Below, in pieces: positions 10,529 to 21,220 of a DNA stretch of 64,000 bases. The DNA lies in NCBI GenBank assembly GCA_019057385.1, contig JAHQJS010000007.1, positions 224,001 through 288,000 on the forward strand, given 5' to 3'. The notes under the pieces were generated by a model that saw only the letters and a list, made by a program, of their open reading frames with translations, was not told the origin of the DNA and ran no database searches. The position numbers and the translations under genes are program-made. This DNA is from Candidatus Borrarchaeum weybense. Its GTDB lineage: Archaea; Asgardarchaeota; Sifarchaeia; Borrarchaeales; Borrarchaeaceae. Position 1 is the first letter of the stretch. Each line of letters opens with the position of its first letter.

Positions 10529-11569
10529 TTATCCTCTTAATGCCCGATATGTCATATAAATGAAGATTACTGGTCCAAAAAGAAAGATTGCAAGAAATGC
10601 AATTGTAGAGATGATCAAGAATGGTTGCGGAATAATACAAAATACTACTGATAATCCCACGAATAAACCACTATAGATAAGAAAATCTCTGAAATTGAAT
10701 AAGCGTTCTTTGAAGTACGAATCATTTAATGGTATTTCATTCTCAATTGGTTTGCTAAACTTGACAAGTAAAATAATAGCCAGGTAAATTAATATCATTA
10801 AAATGATCGGTAAGAAACCTGGAATTCGTTCTGGAACTAAAATGAAGAAAGTAACAACGTATAATATTGCCAGATATACTATAGTGACAATAAAACCCGT
10901 TTTCCCAAGTTGCAAAGAATGAATTGAAAACGATTGTCTTTGAGCTAGTTTTGTAAAAAGTACAATTAATACTACTGTTCCGAGTGATGCTCCAATTGTC
11001 AGTAGAACATTATAACCAGTATTTAACGACAAAAAGAGTGAACCAATAATAACTAACAATATAATGAATACGATATTTTTTCTCTTCGGATAAAGATATT
11101 TAGCATGATTTGGAAGAATTTCTGTAGTGATTTGTTCAGAGTTCTTGTTTTCTGTTACAAAAACTTGAAACACCATTATCGGCATAATAAACGCTAAAAA
11201 AGGATGCCAAAAGAACACCAAAGTCGAAAATTCAAGGATAGCAATTCCACCTATAGTACCAAGTATAGGATCCTGCCCGATATAACCCGCCCAGAGAACT
11301 TTAGTTATCCAAGATTCATATAAAGCAAATAACATACCCCACAGATACAATTGATGCATTGAGGTGCGTTTTGTTCGAAAGGCAAGATTGAGAAAAAATA
11401 TTGTATGAGCAAAATATAGTGGCCATGTCACAATCAGCGACCAGGGATCAATAAACCAAAGCCGAGTTGCAGACGCACCGGAAAAAATTTCTGCAAAGAA
11501 CATCGATAATGTACCAATTAGGAGAAAAGAAATCAATCTTGTCTTTGATGTTGACTCTGTTTGAATCAT
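10529..11569 (-). CDS. Multi-pass membrane protein
   Basis: 346 aa with about 10 hydrophobic segments; no family recognised. Confidence 0.75.
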   Translation of the reverse strand: MIQTESTSKTRLISFLLIGTLSMFFAEIFSGASATRLWFIDPWSLIVTWPLYFAHTIFFLNLAFRTKRTSMHQLYLWGMLFALYESWITKVLWAGYIGQDPILGTIGGIAILEFSTLVFFWHPFLAFIMPIMVFQVFVTENKNSEQITTEILPNHAKYLYPKRKNIVFIILLVIIGSLFLSLNTGYNVLLTIGASLGTVVLIVLFTKLAQRQSFSIHSLQLGKTGFIVTIVYLAILYVVTFFILVPERIPGFLPIILMILIYLAIILLVKFSKPIENEIPLNDSYFKERLFNFRDFLIYSGLFVGLSVVFCIIPQPFLIISTIAFLAIFLFGPVIFIYMTYRALRG

Positions 11570-11612
11570 ATTTTAAAACCGGGCAAACAACTACAAAAAG
11601 ATTCCCGATAAC

Positions 11613-12230
11613 TCATTCACCGGCAAGTTCTCGTTCCCAGCAAGGGATGCAGTAAAATTTGTCATTTAAAACCCTTGCTCTAGTTTCCATGACCATGAGC
11701 CCGCATTTTGAACATTTTACTGAATTAAGAATCCGAGCACGCTCTGGAATCTTGATATCAACATTTTTGACGACGAAAAGTTCATCATCGGAAATAGTCA
11801 GCAGTTTTTTCAGCATATCTTGTCTAGCTTTTCGTAATACGGCGTTTTCTTCTTCAGTCAAAGGTATGTTCTGATTCTGTTTTCGCAATATCTCACGTCT
11901 CTGTTCTGATTCCTCTTGAAAAACATCTGCTTTAAGTTCGATTCTTATTTGTTTCCCAGAATTCCGTTCTATGAACGTATAGGCATGAAGACCGTGATCT
12001 TGAAACACCAGATTTCCTTTACCAAAAGTCGTACCATTTATGTACTGGATTGCGTCGACTGCGCAAGTATCATTCTCCACGATTGCTACTAGTTCTTCAT
12101 CCCCACTACGATCAAGTTTAAGTTCCTTTCTGGCTAATATTGCGACTCTGTATCCTATAACAACTCCAGGACAAAAGTGTCCATGAAATTCAACTGCATT
12201 TTTCAATTCCAAGGGGATTTCTTCTTGCAT
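11613..12230 (-). CDS. FmdE/FwdE family protein with C-terminal zinc finger
   Basis: FHGHFCPG, CAVDAIQ, TFGKGNL, CSKC...CIPC. Confidence 0.9.
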   Translation of the reverse strand: MQEEIPLELKNAVEFHGHFCPGVVIGYRVAILARKELKLDRSGDEELVAIVENDTCAVDAIQYINGTTFGKGNLVFQDHGLHAYTFIERNSGKQIRIELKADVFQEESEQRREILRKQNQNIPLTEEENAVLRKARQDMLKKLLTISDDELFVVKNVDIKIPERARILNSVKCSKCGLMVMETRARVLNDKFYCIPCWERELAGE

Positions 12231-12239
12231 AATATTTCC

Positions 12240-13208
12240 TCAAAGGTTTTCTTTGGGTTTTGCTTTTTGTTGAATTGCTAGATTATATGTGAACTACCAC
12301 CCAACAAGTTAGGTGGCTTCTGTCCTCCTAGACTGTTCTGCTTAGCCAACACGGTTGGTTACATTAAGCCTAGTCATCGACAGTTCGGGCTGGTCCACGG
12401 CAGCCCCCGTCCCTCAAGGGACACTTGAGGTCCGACAGTACCCTCATCGGTACTGTGTCTTGTGTACGCTCCCAACGCCAAGCCAGACACCTCGGCATAC
12501 TGCACACTGAGATGGTAGCTAACTGCTATTTAAGTTTTAGGGAGAGCGGTGTGAAAGTGAAACTCTCTACCGCAATTCATCCCCCCAACACGTTGAGGGG
12601 TCTTCTTGCGAATTGGTTATAAATTTTTGATCTTTATTATTTTCAGTTAAGGCAATTACTTCGTCAAACATTTCATTTGCTGTTTCTTTGTTCCCAATTC
12701 TACGGTTTATCTCTGCCATTAAGTATTTAGTTGCAAAAACCCGGTCACTAGGAACTTGTCCTTTACCAACCGCCTTTTCGAAGTAGTCTAAAACAATCGC
12801 TCCAAATCTTTTTTCTTCTTCATTGCTTTCTGCCCACCAGTATGGATCTATCCAGTTATTTGCAAGGGCAAATTCATCTTTCTTAGTTAGTTCCAATTCA
12901 TTCATCGCTTCTAGGCATAACATTGCGCGTTCAAGTTTTTTTGATAACGAATTTCTTGAAAGAGAACCCATTTCATTAATCTTTTTTCTCAATTCTGCAT
13001 TTTCCACTTTAGCATCAAACATTTTTTTAGGCGCACAGAAACCACAATTAGGACAAAGATGGTAAAAAAATCTCACAGGATTAAAGCCCCAATAATTAGG
13101 TCGAAAATCTGTGCGCTTAGATCCATATCCACAGCTTCCTATCTCATTGCTAGTAAAGAGGTTGTCGCAAATTGGACACGTAAGGGAAATCGGGTAAAGA
13201 GTAGTCAT
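12240..13208 (-). CDS. DUF2225-like zinc-ribbon/TPR-like protein, 3' end interrupted by the mini-element
   Basis: CPIC, TDFRP and CPNCGF motifs. The current ORF stops at 12567 inside the element; the pre-insertion C-terminus FIYNLAIQQKAKPKENL* ends at 12240. Confidence 0.75.
12289..12618 (-). mobile_element. Non-autonomous IS200/IS605-family mini-element (330 bp, no ORF)
   Basis: Minus strand: target TTAT, left-end hairpin CCCCTCAAC-GT-GTTGGGGGG followed by ATGAATTGCG, right end GAAG-CCACCTAAC-TT-GTTGGGTGG-TAGTTCAC. No TSD; removal restores the host reading frame. Confidence 0.85.
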
Positions 13209-13477
13209 GGTTAAATACTTAGTTTAAACAAAATTAAATCTTTGCAGATCAATTAACAGGAAATTTTCTCTCGAAAGAAGGCTAGATTATTTAACGTCAA
13301 ACAAATCGGAGCTCCTTTTTATTAATCCATTGACTTATTTGCTATTATCAATAGATACACACTAATTCTTTTAACCAAAGTTTGCAAAGTATTGATAAAC
13401 TAAAGGAACTATGACTAACATCATAATCCAAAATAATTTAAAAAATTTCAACTCTTTATGAGCTGAGAGGTGGTCTC

Positions 13478-15250
13478 ATGGTCGTGAGAGATCCATTCTG
13501 TGGAATGCCTGTAGATCCCGAAAAATCAAAATTCAAGGTTGAGGTTTGGGGGAAAGTATATTACTTTTGCAACGAGCGTTGTATGCACGGTTTTCTAGAA
13601 GCTCCCAGGATCGCATATTTTTCTATGGAAATTGGTATAAAAAGCGAAATCCCTACTTATAGTGGGGGCTTAGGAGTATTAGCGGGAGATACAATACGCT
13701 CCAGCGCTGATTTAAAAATTCCCTTAGTTGCAGTTACACTAGTTAGTAGGAAGGGGTATCTAAAACAAAGAATTACTGAAAAAGGAGAACAAATAGGATC
13801 TCCCGATGAGTGGAATCCTTCAAAATTTATGAGCTTGCTGCCATCTGATGTAAGGGTACGAATAAAGGGGAGAGATATAGGAATTAGGGCTTGGCTTTAT
13901 GAGCATCAAAGCCTGACGGGCGGTGTAGTCCCAGTAGTGTTCCTTGACACGGATATTGAGAAAAACGCCCCTGAAGACAGAGCAATTACGGACTATCTTT
14001 ACGGAGGTGACGATAAATACCGATTAAAACAAGAAATCGTCCTGGGAATTGGTGGCATAAAGATACTTGAAGCACTAAATTTAAACATAAAGAAATATCA
14101 TATGAACGAGGGTCATTCAAGCCTTCTCACTTTGGAATTGTTAAGAAATAATGGGATGAACCCTGATAAGGTAAGAAATCAATGTGCTTTTACCACTCAT
14201 ACACCAGTTGAAGCAGCATTTGATAAATTCTCTTATGACACCGTTCAAGAATTATTGGAGAGCGAATATCCATTAGAAATTCTGAAGGAATTTGGAGGGC
14301 GGGATAGACTTAATATGACTCTTTTGGCTTTAAATCTAAGTCAGCATGTAAACGGAGTAACTACAGCCCACATGAATTATTCGCAAAAGCTTTTTCCAGG
14401 ATACCATATCAGTGCAATAACTAATGGTGTTTACTCATATTTGTGGACTTGCCAGTATTTTAGAAAACTGTATGATAAGTATATACCGGGTTGGGCGAAT
14501 GAGCCTGAACTTCTCGTGAGGGTTGATCCAATCCCAGATGATGAGTTATGGGATGCTCATTTATTAGCAAAGAATGATCTTTTCAACTTTTGTAAAGAAA
14601 GAACAGATATAGAACTGGATATCGACATATTGACGATAGGATTCGCCAGGAGAGCTACGGAGTACAAGAGAGCCACGTTACTTTTCTCGGATTTGATGCG
14701 ACTAAAAAAAATAAATAAGAGAGGAAAAATACAGTTGATTTTTGCCGGAAAGGCGCACCCTAAGGATTTGGGTGGTAAAATGTTGATTAAAAAAATCTAT
14801 GACTACATGACTCAACTGAAAGATGAGATCACTATCGTGTATCTAGAAAATTACAATATAGACATCGCTACTAAGCTTACCTCTGGAGTTGATGTTTGGT
14901 TAAATACGCCTCTACCTCCCTTTGAGGCGTCTGGGACAAGCGGAATGAAAGCTGCACATAATGGCGTAATGAACTTTAGTGTGTTAGATGGCTGGTGGAT
15001 TGAAGGCTGCATTGAAGGAGTTACTGGTTGGTCTATAGGTCCCCCGCCAGATGAAATTATTGGAGATAAAGAAAGAAGAACCAGAGAATTGGACGATCTT
15101 TATTCCAAACTAGAATATATAATCATTCCTACATTTTATAAAATGAGAGATGAATGGATGGATCTGATGACGAATTCTATTGGAAAGATCGCTTATTACT
15201 TTAACAGCCACCGGATGATGCGAAGATATGTCACAGAAGCGTACCTGTAG
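13478..15250 (+). CDS. glgP: Alpha-glucan (glycogen) phosphorylase with N-terminal YHS/TRASH domain
   Basis: DPFCGMPV...YYFCNERC, then YFSME, YSGGLGVLAGD, NEGH, EASGTSGMK. Confidence 0.93.
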   Translation: MVVRDPFCGMPVDPEKSKFKVEVWGKVYYFCNERCMHGFLEAPRIAYFSMEIGIKSEIPTYSGGLGVLAGDTIRSSADLKIPLVAVTLVSRKGYLKQRITEKGEQIGSPDEWNPSKFMSLLPSDVRVRIKGRDIGIRAWLYEHQSLTGGVVPVVFLDTDIEKNAPEDRAITDYLYGGDDKYRLKQEIVLGIGGIKILEALNLNIKKYHMNEGHSSLLTLELLRNNGMNPDKVRNQCAFTTHTPVEAAFDKFSYDTVQELLESEYPLEILKEFGGRDRLNMTLLALNLSQHVNGVTTAHMNYSQKLFPGYHISAITNGVYSYLWTCQYFRKLYDKYIPGWANEPELLVRVDPIPDDELWDAHLLAKNDLFNFCKERTDIELDIDILTIGFARRATEYKRATLLFSDLMRLKKINKRGKIQLIFAGKAHPKDLGGKMLIKKIYDYMTQLKDEITIVYLENYNIDIATKLTSGVDVWLNTPLPPFEASGTSGMKAAHNGVMNFSVLDGWWIEGCIEGVTGWSIGPPPDEIIGDKERRTRELDDLYSKLEYIIIPTFYKMRDEWMDLMTNSIGKIAYYFNSHRMMRRYVTEAYL

Positions 15251-15332
15251 ATATATCAACTTTTATTTATTTTAAGATTTTGAATGCCCGAAAAGTTGTT
15301 TCTTTGCAACATCAAGTACTTTATTAAGGATC

Positions 15333-16622
15333 TTATTGAAGATCATGATATATTCGAACGGTTTGTTCAGCTACTTTCTTCCACGTAAAGTACTGCAGAA
15401 CTCTTTGACGCCCATTTTCACCCCATATTTTCGCTCTCTCACTATCTTTCAATACTTCTTTGACACCCCATGCGATGTCTGCGGGGTACTCGCCGTTCAC
15501 ATGAATACCATTTTGACTAGGACCCGAAGGTACAATCTGTTCTCGGAAGCCGACGATACCATGGGCTCCAACCACAACAGGCTTCGCCATAGCCATAGCC
15601 TCTAAGCTAACTATGCCGAAAGGCTCATAAACTGATGGAAAAATACAGACATCAGCAGCAGCGTAATGTAGGATTCTTTCGTCTTCAGGTACAAATTCGA
15701 AACGACAAACTAACTTATCATTAATTCCGAGTCGATTTGCCGTCTCAGTGATATCTTTCTGTTCTTCTCCCTTACCTAAAATTACTAGTTTTGTCTGGGG
15801 ATATTCCTTTAATATCATTGGCATAGCCTGAATAAGATTTCTCACTCCTTTAACCCATGTTAGTCGGCCTAAGAAAAAAAGCATATTTTCATTTTCTTTG
15901 ATATCATATTTGCCTCGAATTTTTTCAATAGCCTCTGGAGTATATTTATTAGGGTTGTAACGTTCTGGATCAACACCGTTCCAGACTGAACTTATTTTTG
16001 TTTCAGGCCAGCCATGTCGAATAAGATCATCTCTCATTACATGGCTAACAGTAATTACGCGATCTGCGAACTGGGAAGTCGCTGACTCAAAATGAGAAAC
16101 TACTTCAGAGCCGTGTCCTCCGCTTCTTCCCCACTCAGTGCTGTGAACATGAAATACAACTGGTATGTGTGTTTCGTTTTTAATTATGATGCCAGCAATA
16201 CTGCTTAGCCAATCATGAACGCACACTAAATCGAATTTATAGTCTTCTTTCTTGATTAATTCGTTGATGAATTTGGTTGCACTAAGAATATTATAAATAA
16301 AGATGTCGTTAAAGAATTGGATGTTTGTCCCCCATTTTTTTAAGTCATCGGTGACAAAAATTGGTAAAACATTGCTTGCATCAGCAATTATAGGGCGATG
16401 GACTTCTACACCCTTCAAGATCTCTCTTGTCTTCAAATCGCCTGTATTGAGCGTAAAAACAGAGACATCGTGACCTAACTCAACGAATTCGTGAGTTATG
16501 TATTCTGCATATGTACCTAAACCGCCTACAATTCTCGGTGGATACTCATAAACAAAAAAACCAATTCTTAATGGATTCACCCTCTTACAATTTATATTAT
16601 ACTTAAATGCATATAACATCAA
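15333..16622 (-). CDS. GT4 glycosyltransferase (glycogen synthase-like)
   Basis: EYPPRIVGGLG, HDW, EPFGIVSLEAM. Real start may be GTG near 16580. Confidence 0.88.
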   Translation of the reverse strand: MMLYAFKYNINCKRVNPLRIGFFVYEYPPRIVGGLGTYAEYITHEFVELGHDVSVFTLNTGDLKTREILKGVEVHRPIIADASNVLPIFVTDDLKKWGTNIQFFNDIFIYNILSATKFINELIKKEDYKFDLVCVHDWLSSIAGIIIKNETHIPVVFHVHSTEWGRSGGHGSEVVSHFESATSQFADRVITVSHVMRDDLIRHGWPETKISSVWNGVDPERYNPNKYTPEAIEKIRGKYDIKENENMLFFLGRLTWVKGVRNLIQAMPMILKEYPQTKLVILGKGEEQKDITETANRLGINDKLVCRFEFVPEDERILHYAAADVCIFPSVYEPFGIVSLEAMAMAKPVVVGAHGIVGFREQIVPSGPSQNGIHVNGEYPADIAWGVKEVLKDSERAKIWGENGRQRVLQYFTWKKVAEQTVRIYHDLQ

Positions 16623-16645
16623 CTATTTCCATATTAATAACTGTC

Positions 16646-16669
16646 TGTGACTGTTAATCACCAGTCACA
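16646..16669. promoter_or_regulatory. Palindromic operator copy 1 (TGTGACTG TTAATCAC CAGTCACA)
   Basis: Lies between divergent GT4 and PGM genes; followed by TTCATTTAAAA. Confidence 0.8.
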
Positions 16670-16757
16670 TTCATTTAAAATAACATTTTTCGTTTTTAGA
16701 ACTATGTGTGCTAGCAAAATATGTCTAATGATCTTGAAGTTAAATCCTTTTTAATCG

Positions 16758-18197
16758 GTGAGAACTGTGACCACAATCCAATTTGGAACTGATGGTTGGC
16801 GTGCCATTATAGACCGAGATTTCACACTAACTAACGTAAAAATTGTCGCTCAAGCTATAGCAGATTATATGAAGAATCATAATTTAGATGGAAAAGGAAT
16901 TATAGTAGGATACGACACAAGAAAGGGATCGCAACATTTCGCAGAAGGTGTATGCAGGGTAATGCTTGGCAATGCTATCAGTACATTCGTCACTGAAAGA
17001 GATGCACCTACGCCTGTCACAGCTTTTGAGGTCCTCAACGAAAAAGCAGGCGGCGCAGTGATGATTACCGCTTCACATAATCCACCAGAATGGAATGGCA
17101 TTAAATATATTCCAGACTATGCAGGTCCTGCCTTACCTGATATCACTGAAGAAATTACCAAAAACATTGACCAAGTTCTTAAAGCCAAAACAGTAAAGGA
17201 GACTTCTATCGAGAGAGGAACAAAAAGACATCTTTTCAAATCAACTGATCCCAAGATACCGTATACCGAATTCGTTGAAAAACAGATAGATCTTGCAACT
17301 ATGAAGAAGGCAAAATTGAAAGTTGTTATTGACCCAATGCACGGAACCGCCAGAGGCTACCTAGATTACATCTTGCGCGATTTAGGATGCGAGATCACGA
17401 TAATTCATGATGACCTTGATCCTACTTTTGGAGGCGCACGCCCAGAACCTCTTCCAGAGTTTCTCGTCAGCCTAAAGAGTAAAGTTGTCAGTCTTAAAGC
17501 TGATTTAGGTTTAGCAACGGATGGTGATGCTGATCGATTGGCTGTCTTTGACAGTGATGGTACTTATTTAGCAGCAAATCAACTACTACCTCTTTTATAT
17601 GACTATCTCATCAAGATAGGCAAGAGAGGAGGAGTCGTTCGCAGTGTATCCACAACCCATTTCGTCGATCAAATCGCCAAAAAGCATGGTTTTCCTGTTT
17701 ATGAGGTGCCTGTTGGATTCAAGTATGTAGGACAATATTTACGTGAACAGGATGTTATTATTGGTGCGGAAGAAAGTGGTGGCTTTAGTTTTAAGGGACA
17801 CATATCTGAAAAAGATGGTATTTTTACATGCATTAAAGTAGCGGAAATGAGGGCTAAACTTAGAAAACCTCTCTCACAATTGCTTGACGAAATGCAATCT
17901 GAATATGGATCATTTTATAGTGGAAGAACTGAAATCCAATGTCAAGAAAAGCAAAAACAAGTTGTTATGGAAAGATTATCTTCAACTATTCCTGACAAGA
18001 TTATTGGGATAGCGGTGTCGATGGTGAATCGAATAGATGGGTTAAAGTTAATCTTGGAAGATGGAGGATGGTTGCTCATCCGACCTTCAGGAACTGAATC
18101 CATTCTTAGAATCTATGGAGAAACTAGCACTAAAGAGACTTTAAAAATGCTGCTGAAAGCTGGTAAGAGTCTCGTTTCTAAAGCGCTAAATGAATAA
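16758..18197 (+). CDS. Phosphoglucomutase/phosphomannomutase
   Basis: FGTDGWR, TASHNP, DGDADR, GAEESGG, RPSGTE. Confidence 0.95.
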   Translation: MRTVTTIQFGTDGWRAIIDRDFTLTNVKIVAQAIADYMKNHNLDGKGIIVGYDTRKGSQHFAEGVCRVMLGNAISTFVTERDAPTPVTAFEVLNEKAGGAVMITASHNPPEWNGIKYIPDYAGPALPDITEEITKNIDQVLKAKTVKETSIERGTKRHLFKSTDPKIPYTEFVEKQIDLATMKKAKLKVVIDPMHGTARGYLDYILRDLGCEITIIHDDLDPTFGGARPEPLPEFLVSLKSKVVSLKADLGLATDGDADRLAVFDSDGTYLAANQLLPLLYDYLIKIGKRGGVVRSVSTTHFVDQIAKKHGFPVYEVPVGFKYVGQYLREQDVIIGAEESGGFSFKGHISEKDGIFTCIKVAEMRAKLRKPLSQLLDEMQSEYGSFYSGRTEIQCQEKQKQVVMERLSSTIPDKIIGIAVSMVNRIDGLKLILEDGGWLLIRPSGTESILRIYGETSTKETLKMLLKAGKSLVSKALNE

Positions 18198-18518
18198 GCC
18201 TTGGCTCAAATTTGACAACTTGATGAAATCTCAGATTCATTAACTAATTTTCCTTAAGAATAGAGCTACACTCTGCAAAATAAGTAATTCTCTCGTTAAC
18301 AAATTTATAAAAAATCCTTTAAGGAAATTCTACGACAAGAAAGACTAACTAAAAAAAGTAGAGGGTGTATAAAAGAATTTGAAAGTTGATTTGTCTCTTA
18401 TACGCTCTTTCTGATCTCTATTTCAGCGAAGGTTTCTATTCCATTATGTTTTTTCTCAAAATCTTTTTTACCAAACTTTATTAAATCATTTTAGTAGAAA
18501 AGTAAAAGTTCAAAGCAA

Positions 18519-18992
18519 TTATCTACGCAATGTTGATCTTAGTTTATTAGTATCAAGAAACAAGTCTAACGCATACGCTGGGTCAGTAACTAGGATATCT
18601 GCAACATTAATTGTCTTGAACGCTGCACCTTCTCTCCCTATTACAGCAATGCTGATTTTCGCTTCTTCAAGCATTTTGTTATCATTAACGCCATTGCCAA
18701 TAGCTGCGGTATTTTCAACACCTAATTGCAAGATCAGTTCCTTCTTTTCTTCATCTTCTGGTTGTTCTAATTTCAAGTGATAGGTGTCAACTCCTAATTC
18801 TTCTCCTATTTCTTTCAAGTTTCCCCGAGAATCTGACGAAGCAATAATTACTCTGACCTTGTTCTTTAACATCTTTAATTTCGCTTTGACCTCATTACTA
18901 ATCTGCCCTGTCATGGCTAATGTGCCGTTAAGATCGCATATAATTTGTTGAATCATAATTTTTTCCATGCCTGGTATTTCAATTACAATCAT
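18519..18992 (-). CDS. HAD hydrolase (soluble P-type ATPase-like)
   Basis: CDLNGTLA, GNGVND. Confidence 0.85.
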   Translation of the reverse strand: MIVIEIPGMEKIMIQQIICDLNGTLAMTGQISNEVKAKLKMLKNKVRVIIASSDSRGNLKEIGEELGVDTYHLKLEQPEDEEKKELILQLGVENTAAIGNGVNDNKMLEEAKISIAVIGREGAAFKTINVADILVTDPAYALDLFLDTNKLRSTLRR

Positions 18993-19187
18993 TTGTTTTT
19001 CCCGCTTCAGTTATTCATCTTTAATATATCATTTTTTTACAAAATTCCATAATGTTTCAAACAAAATCAAGAAGTGTAAGACAATCCGCATTTTTTTTGT
19101 GAATTATATGATTCCAAAATTAGTAAAATATCTTTTAACACCTCTATTTAACTATAGTTGCTGTGTAATCGCGTTTTTATAATATTT

Positions 19188-19211
19188 TGTTACTGTTACA
19201 TAACAGACACA
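19188..19211 (+). promoter_or_regulatory. Palindromic operator copy 2 (TGTTACTG TTACATAA CAGACACA)
   Basis: Intergenic between the HAD gene and htpX; followed by TATAATTAA. Confidence 0.8.
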
Positions 19212-19614
19212 TATAATTAAGAATTTAATTCTGCATTGTCCATTTATACATTTCGAATTACGAAACTAACTGGAAGATGCTATGCAATAGACGCTTTTGA
19301 AAATATAAATGCACTAAATCTATTGAAGGCATATAAAGTGGATACTGATAGTGGGGATTATGAATTAAGAAGGACAATAGTGATCATAATAGTTTTATTA
19401 TTATTTATAGCGTTTGCCTTGGTTCATGGATAATATAAAACACAGAATAACTTAATATTGTCTATTTTATGCGCTAACGCAAATGAAGTGAATGACGTAC
19501 TTCAAAGTTGAGTTACATAATTTTAAATGGAGGATTTGTCAGTAAACGAAACACAAATAATTTTCTATTCTATTTCTGGACATATTTTTTGAGGGTAAAA
19601 TCATTTGAAGGAGC

Positions 19615-21090
19615 ATGGGTTTTATGACACTCACTCAACAAGAATCTGAAAGGCATTTTTTTATTGATACTGAAACTACACCTGGATACTTGCGCCATCT
19701 TCCAGAATTTCTTGAAAATTATTACGTTCTACAACACAAAGAGTTTCGCGCCGTTAAATATATGCGCAAATTTCAAATTGATAAACGATACTATCTTATT
19801 TTTAGGGTATTTGTACCAAAATCATCTGATTATGTTGACGTAACGGTAGAGACTAGTACAGAAGTAGGTCATCCAATTCATGTGATAATGAATCTTAGTC
19901 GGCCCACAATTTCCTATACGTTTTTACAAAGAATTTATGATGACCTTCTCATTAATGTCCAATTCTTCGAAGAATATGCCAGACAATTCACGCTTTATTT
20001 AGCATTTATTCCAGGGCAAAAAGTTACAGAAGAACGATATGGGCGGAACATCTTTCAGAAGTTATTTACCGATTCGATGGTTAATATATTCATATTTTTT
20101 ATCCCCATTGCTTTTATAGCATTTGCACTGCTTGGCCCATTAATCGCCCCAATCGTTATCGTAGCGGCAGAATTAGTTATAATTGCATTTGCTGGAAAAT
20201 TAATCGCAGTAACTTCAGATTGGAAAATTACGAAAGATCGCCCTGAAGTTACAATACTTGAATATACCTTGACGGAAGAGGAAGCGATTATTTTAAGAAA
20301 AAGACACAAAAAAGCACTTCCTAAAATTAGAAAGGAAATTTATGACAAAACGTTAGCAGTAGGCGAGCCAATAAGTTGTGAGGTCGCTCACGACGTTTTC
20401 CAGAAATACGAAATAGAGTGTACTCCCGCATATTTCTCTATCAAGACGATAAATCTATATAATCTTGTCAACTCTGCGGCAAAAAAGTTCAATTTATCAA
20501 TTCCAACGATAGTCGTAAGTAATGTATTAGCAGCTAATGCGGCAGCTACTGGTCTTAATTCAAGAATTGGGACTATGTTAGTAACTACGGGCGCTTTAGT
20601 CCAATTAGAAGAGGATGACCTTCTTCAGGTTGTTGGTCACGAATTAAGCCACCTTAAGGGGCACGATCCAGTCATTATATTTTTACTTGTGTCTCTAGAA
20701 TATTTGGGACGGATATATATAGTAACGTTCATTCCACAACTCGCAAATGTAATTCAGAGTTTGTCCTTGCTTTACTATATCGTGCTTATTGGAACGATCT
20801 TTTTTGTGGGCAAATTTTTTGAGGCAAAGTGCGATTTAGAAAGTGCAATATACTTGAAAGATCCAAAACTTTTGGCAAATGCTTTGAGAAAAATAGGATT
20901 TAGGCAGTTGGTTCATAAGGGGAGAGTCTCGTTTTCTCTATTGGGCTGGCTTCGATTAGATCCTCATCCACCGATTGGTTGGCGCATTAGACGATTGGAT
21001 GAGATTGAGGATCCTAGTCGGATAAAGCATCCCTTCCTAAAATCAGCCTTTGACTGTATAAAGGGATTTTTCTCATCATTTATCCCATAA
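19615..21090 (+). CDS. M48 (HtpX-like) membrane zinc metalloprotease with N-terminal extension
   Basis: ANAAATG, GHELSH, EAKCD, HPPIGWRI. Confidence 0.88.
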   Translation: MGFMTLTQQESERHFFIDTETTPGYLRHLPEFLENYYVLQHKEFRAVKYMRKFQIDKRYYLIFRVFVPKSSDYVDVTVETSTEVGHPIHVIMNLSRPTISYTFLQRIYDDLLINVQFFEEYARQFTLYLAFIPGQKVTEERYGRNIFQKLFTDSMVNIFIFFIPIAFIAFALLGPLIAPIVIVAAELVIIAFAGKLIAVTSDWKITKDRPEVTILEYTLTEEEAIILRKRHKKALPKIRKEIYDKTLAVGEPISCEVAHDVFQKYEIECTPAYFSIKTINLYNLVNSAAKKFNLSIPTIVVSNVLAANAAATGLNSRIGTMLVTTGALVQLEEDDLLQVVGHELSHLKGHDPVIIFLLVSLEYLGRIYIVTFIPQLANVIQSLSLLYYIVLIGTIFFVGKFFEAKCDLESAIYLKDPKLLANALRKIGFRQLVHKGRVSFSLLGWLRLDPHPPIGWRIRRLDEIEDPSRIKHPFLKSAFDCIKGFFSSFIP

Positions 21091-21158
21091 TTTTTGGCAA
21101 GTAAAAGCCTTATATTTACTTACTTTAACGCTATTCAGACTCTGGGTGGATAGACCGG

Positions 21159-21186
21159 TGTTAATAGTTGTTAATAGTTGTTAATA
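21159..21186. repeat. Short tandem repeat (TGTTAATAGT)x2.8
   Basis: Directly visible upstream of the histidine phosphatase gene. Confidence 0.7.
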
Positions 21187-21220
21187 TCTGTCTATAATGA
21201 AAGGAACGGTCGGATTATAG

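Noticed and set aside
12289-12618. IStron or group I intron interpretation of the in-gene element
   Set aside because: It ends in TCAC rather than the terminal G required, and no P7 core was recognisable.
13337-13361. Possible tenth operator upstream of glgP (TTGCTATTATCAATAGATACACA)
   Set aside because: Spacer is 1 nt short and there are many mismatches to the consensus; needs a PWM score.
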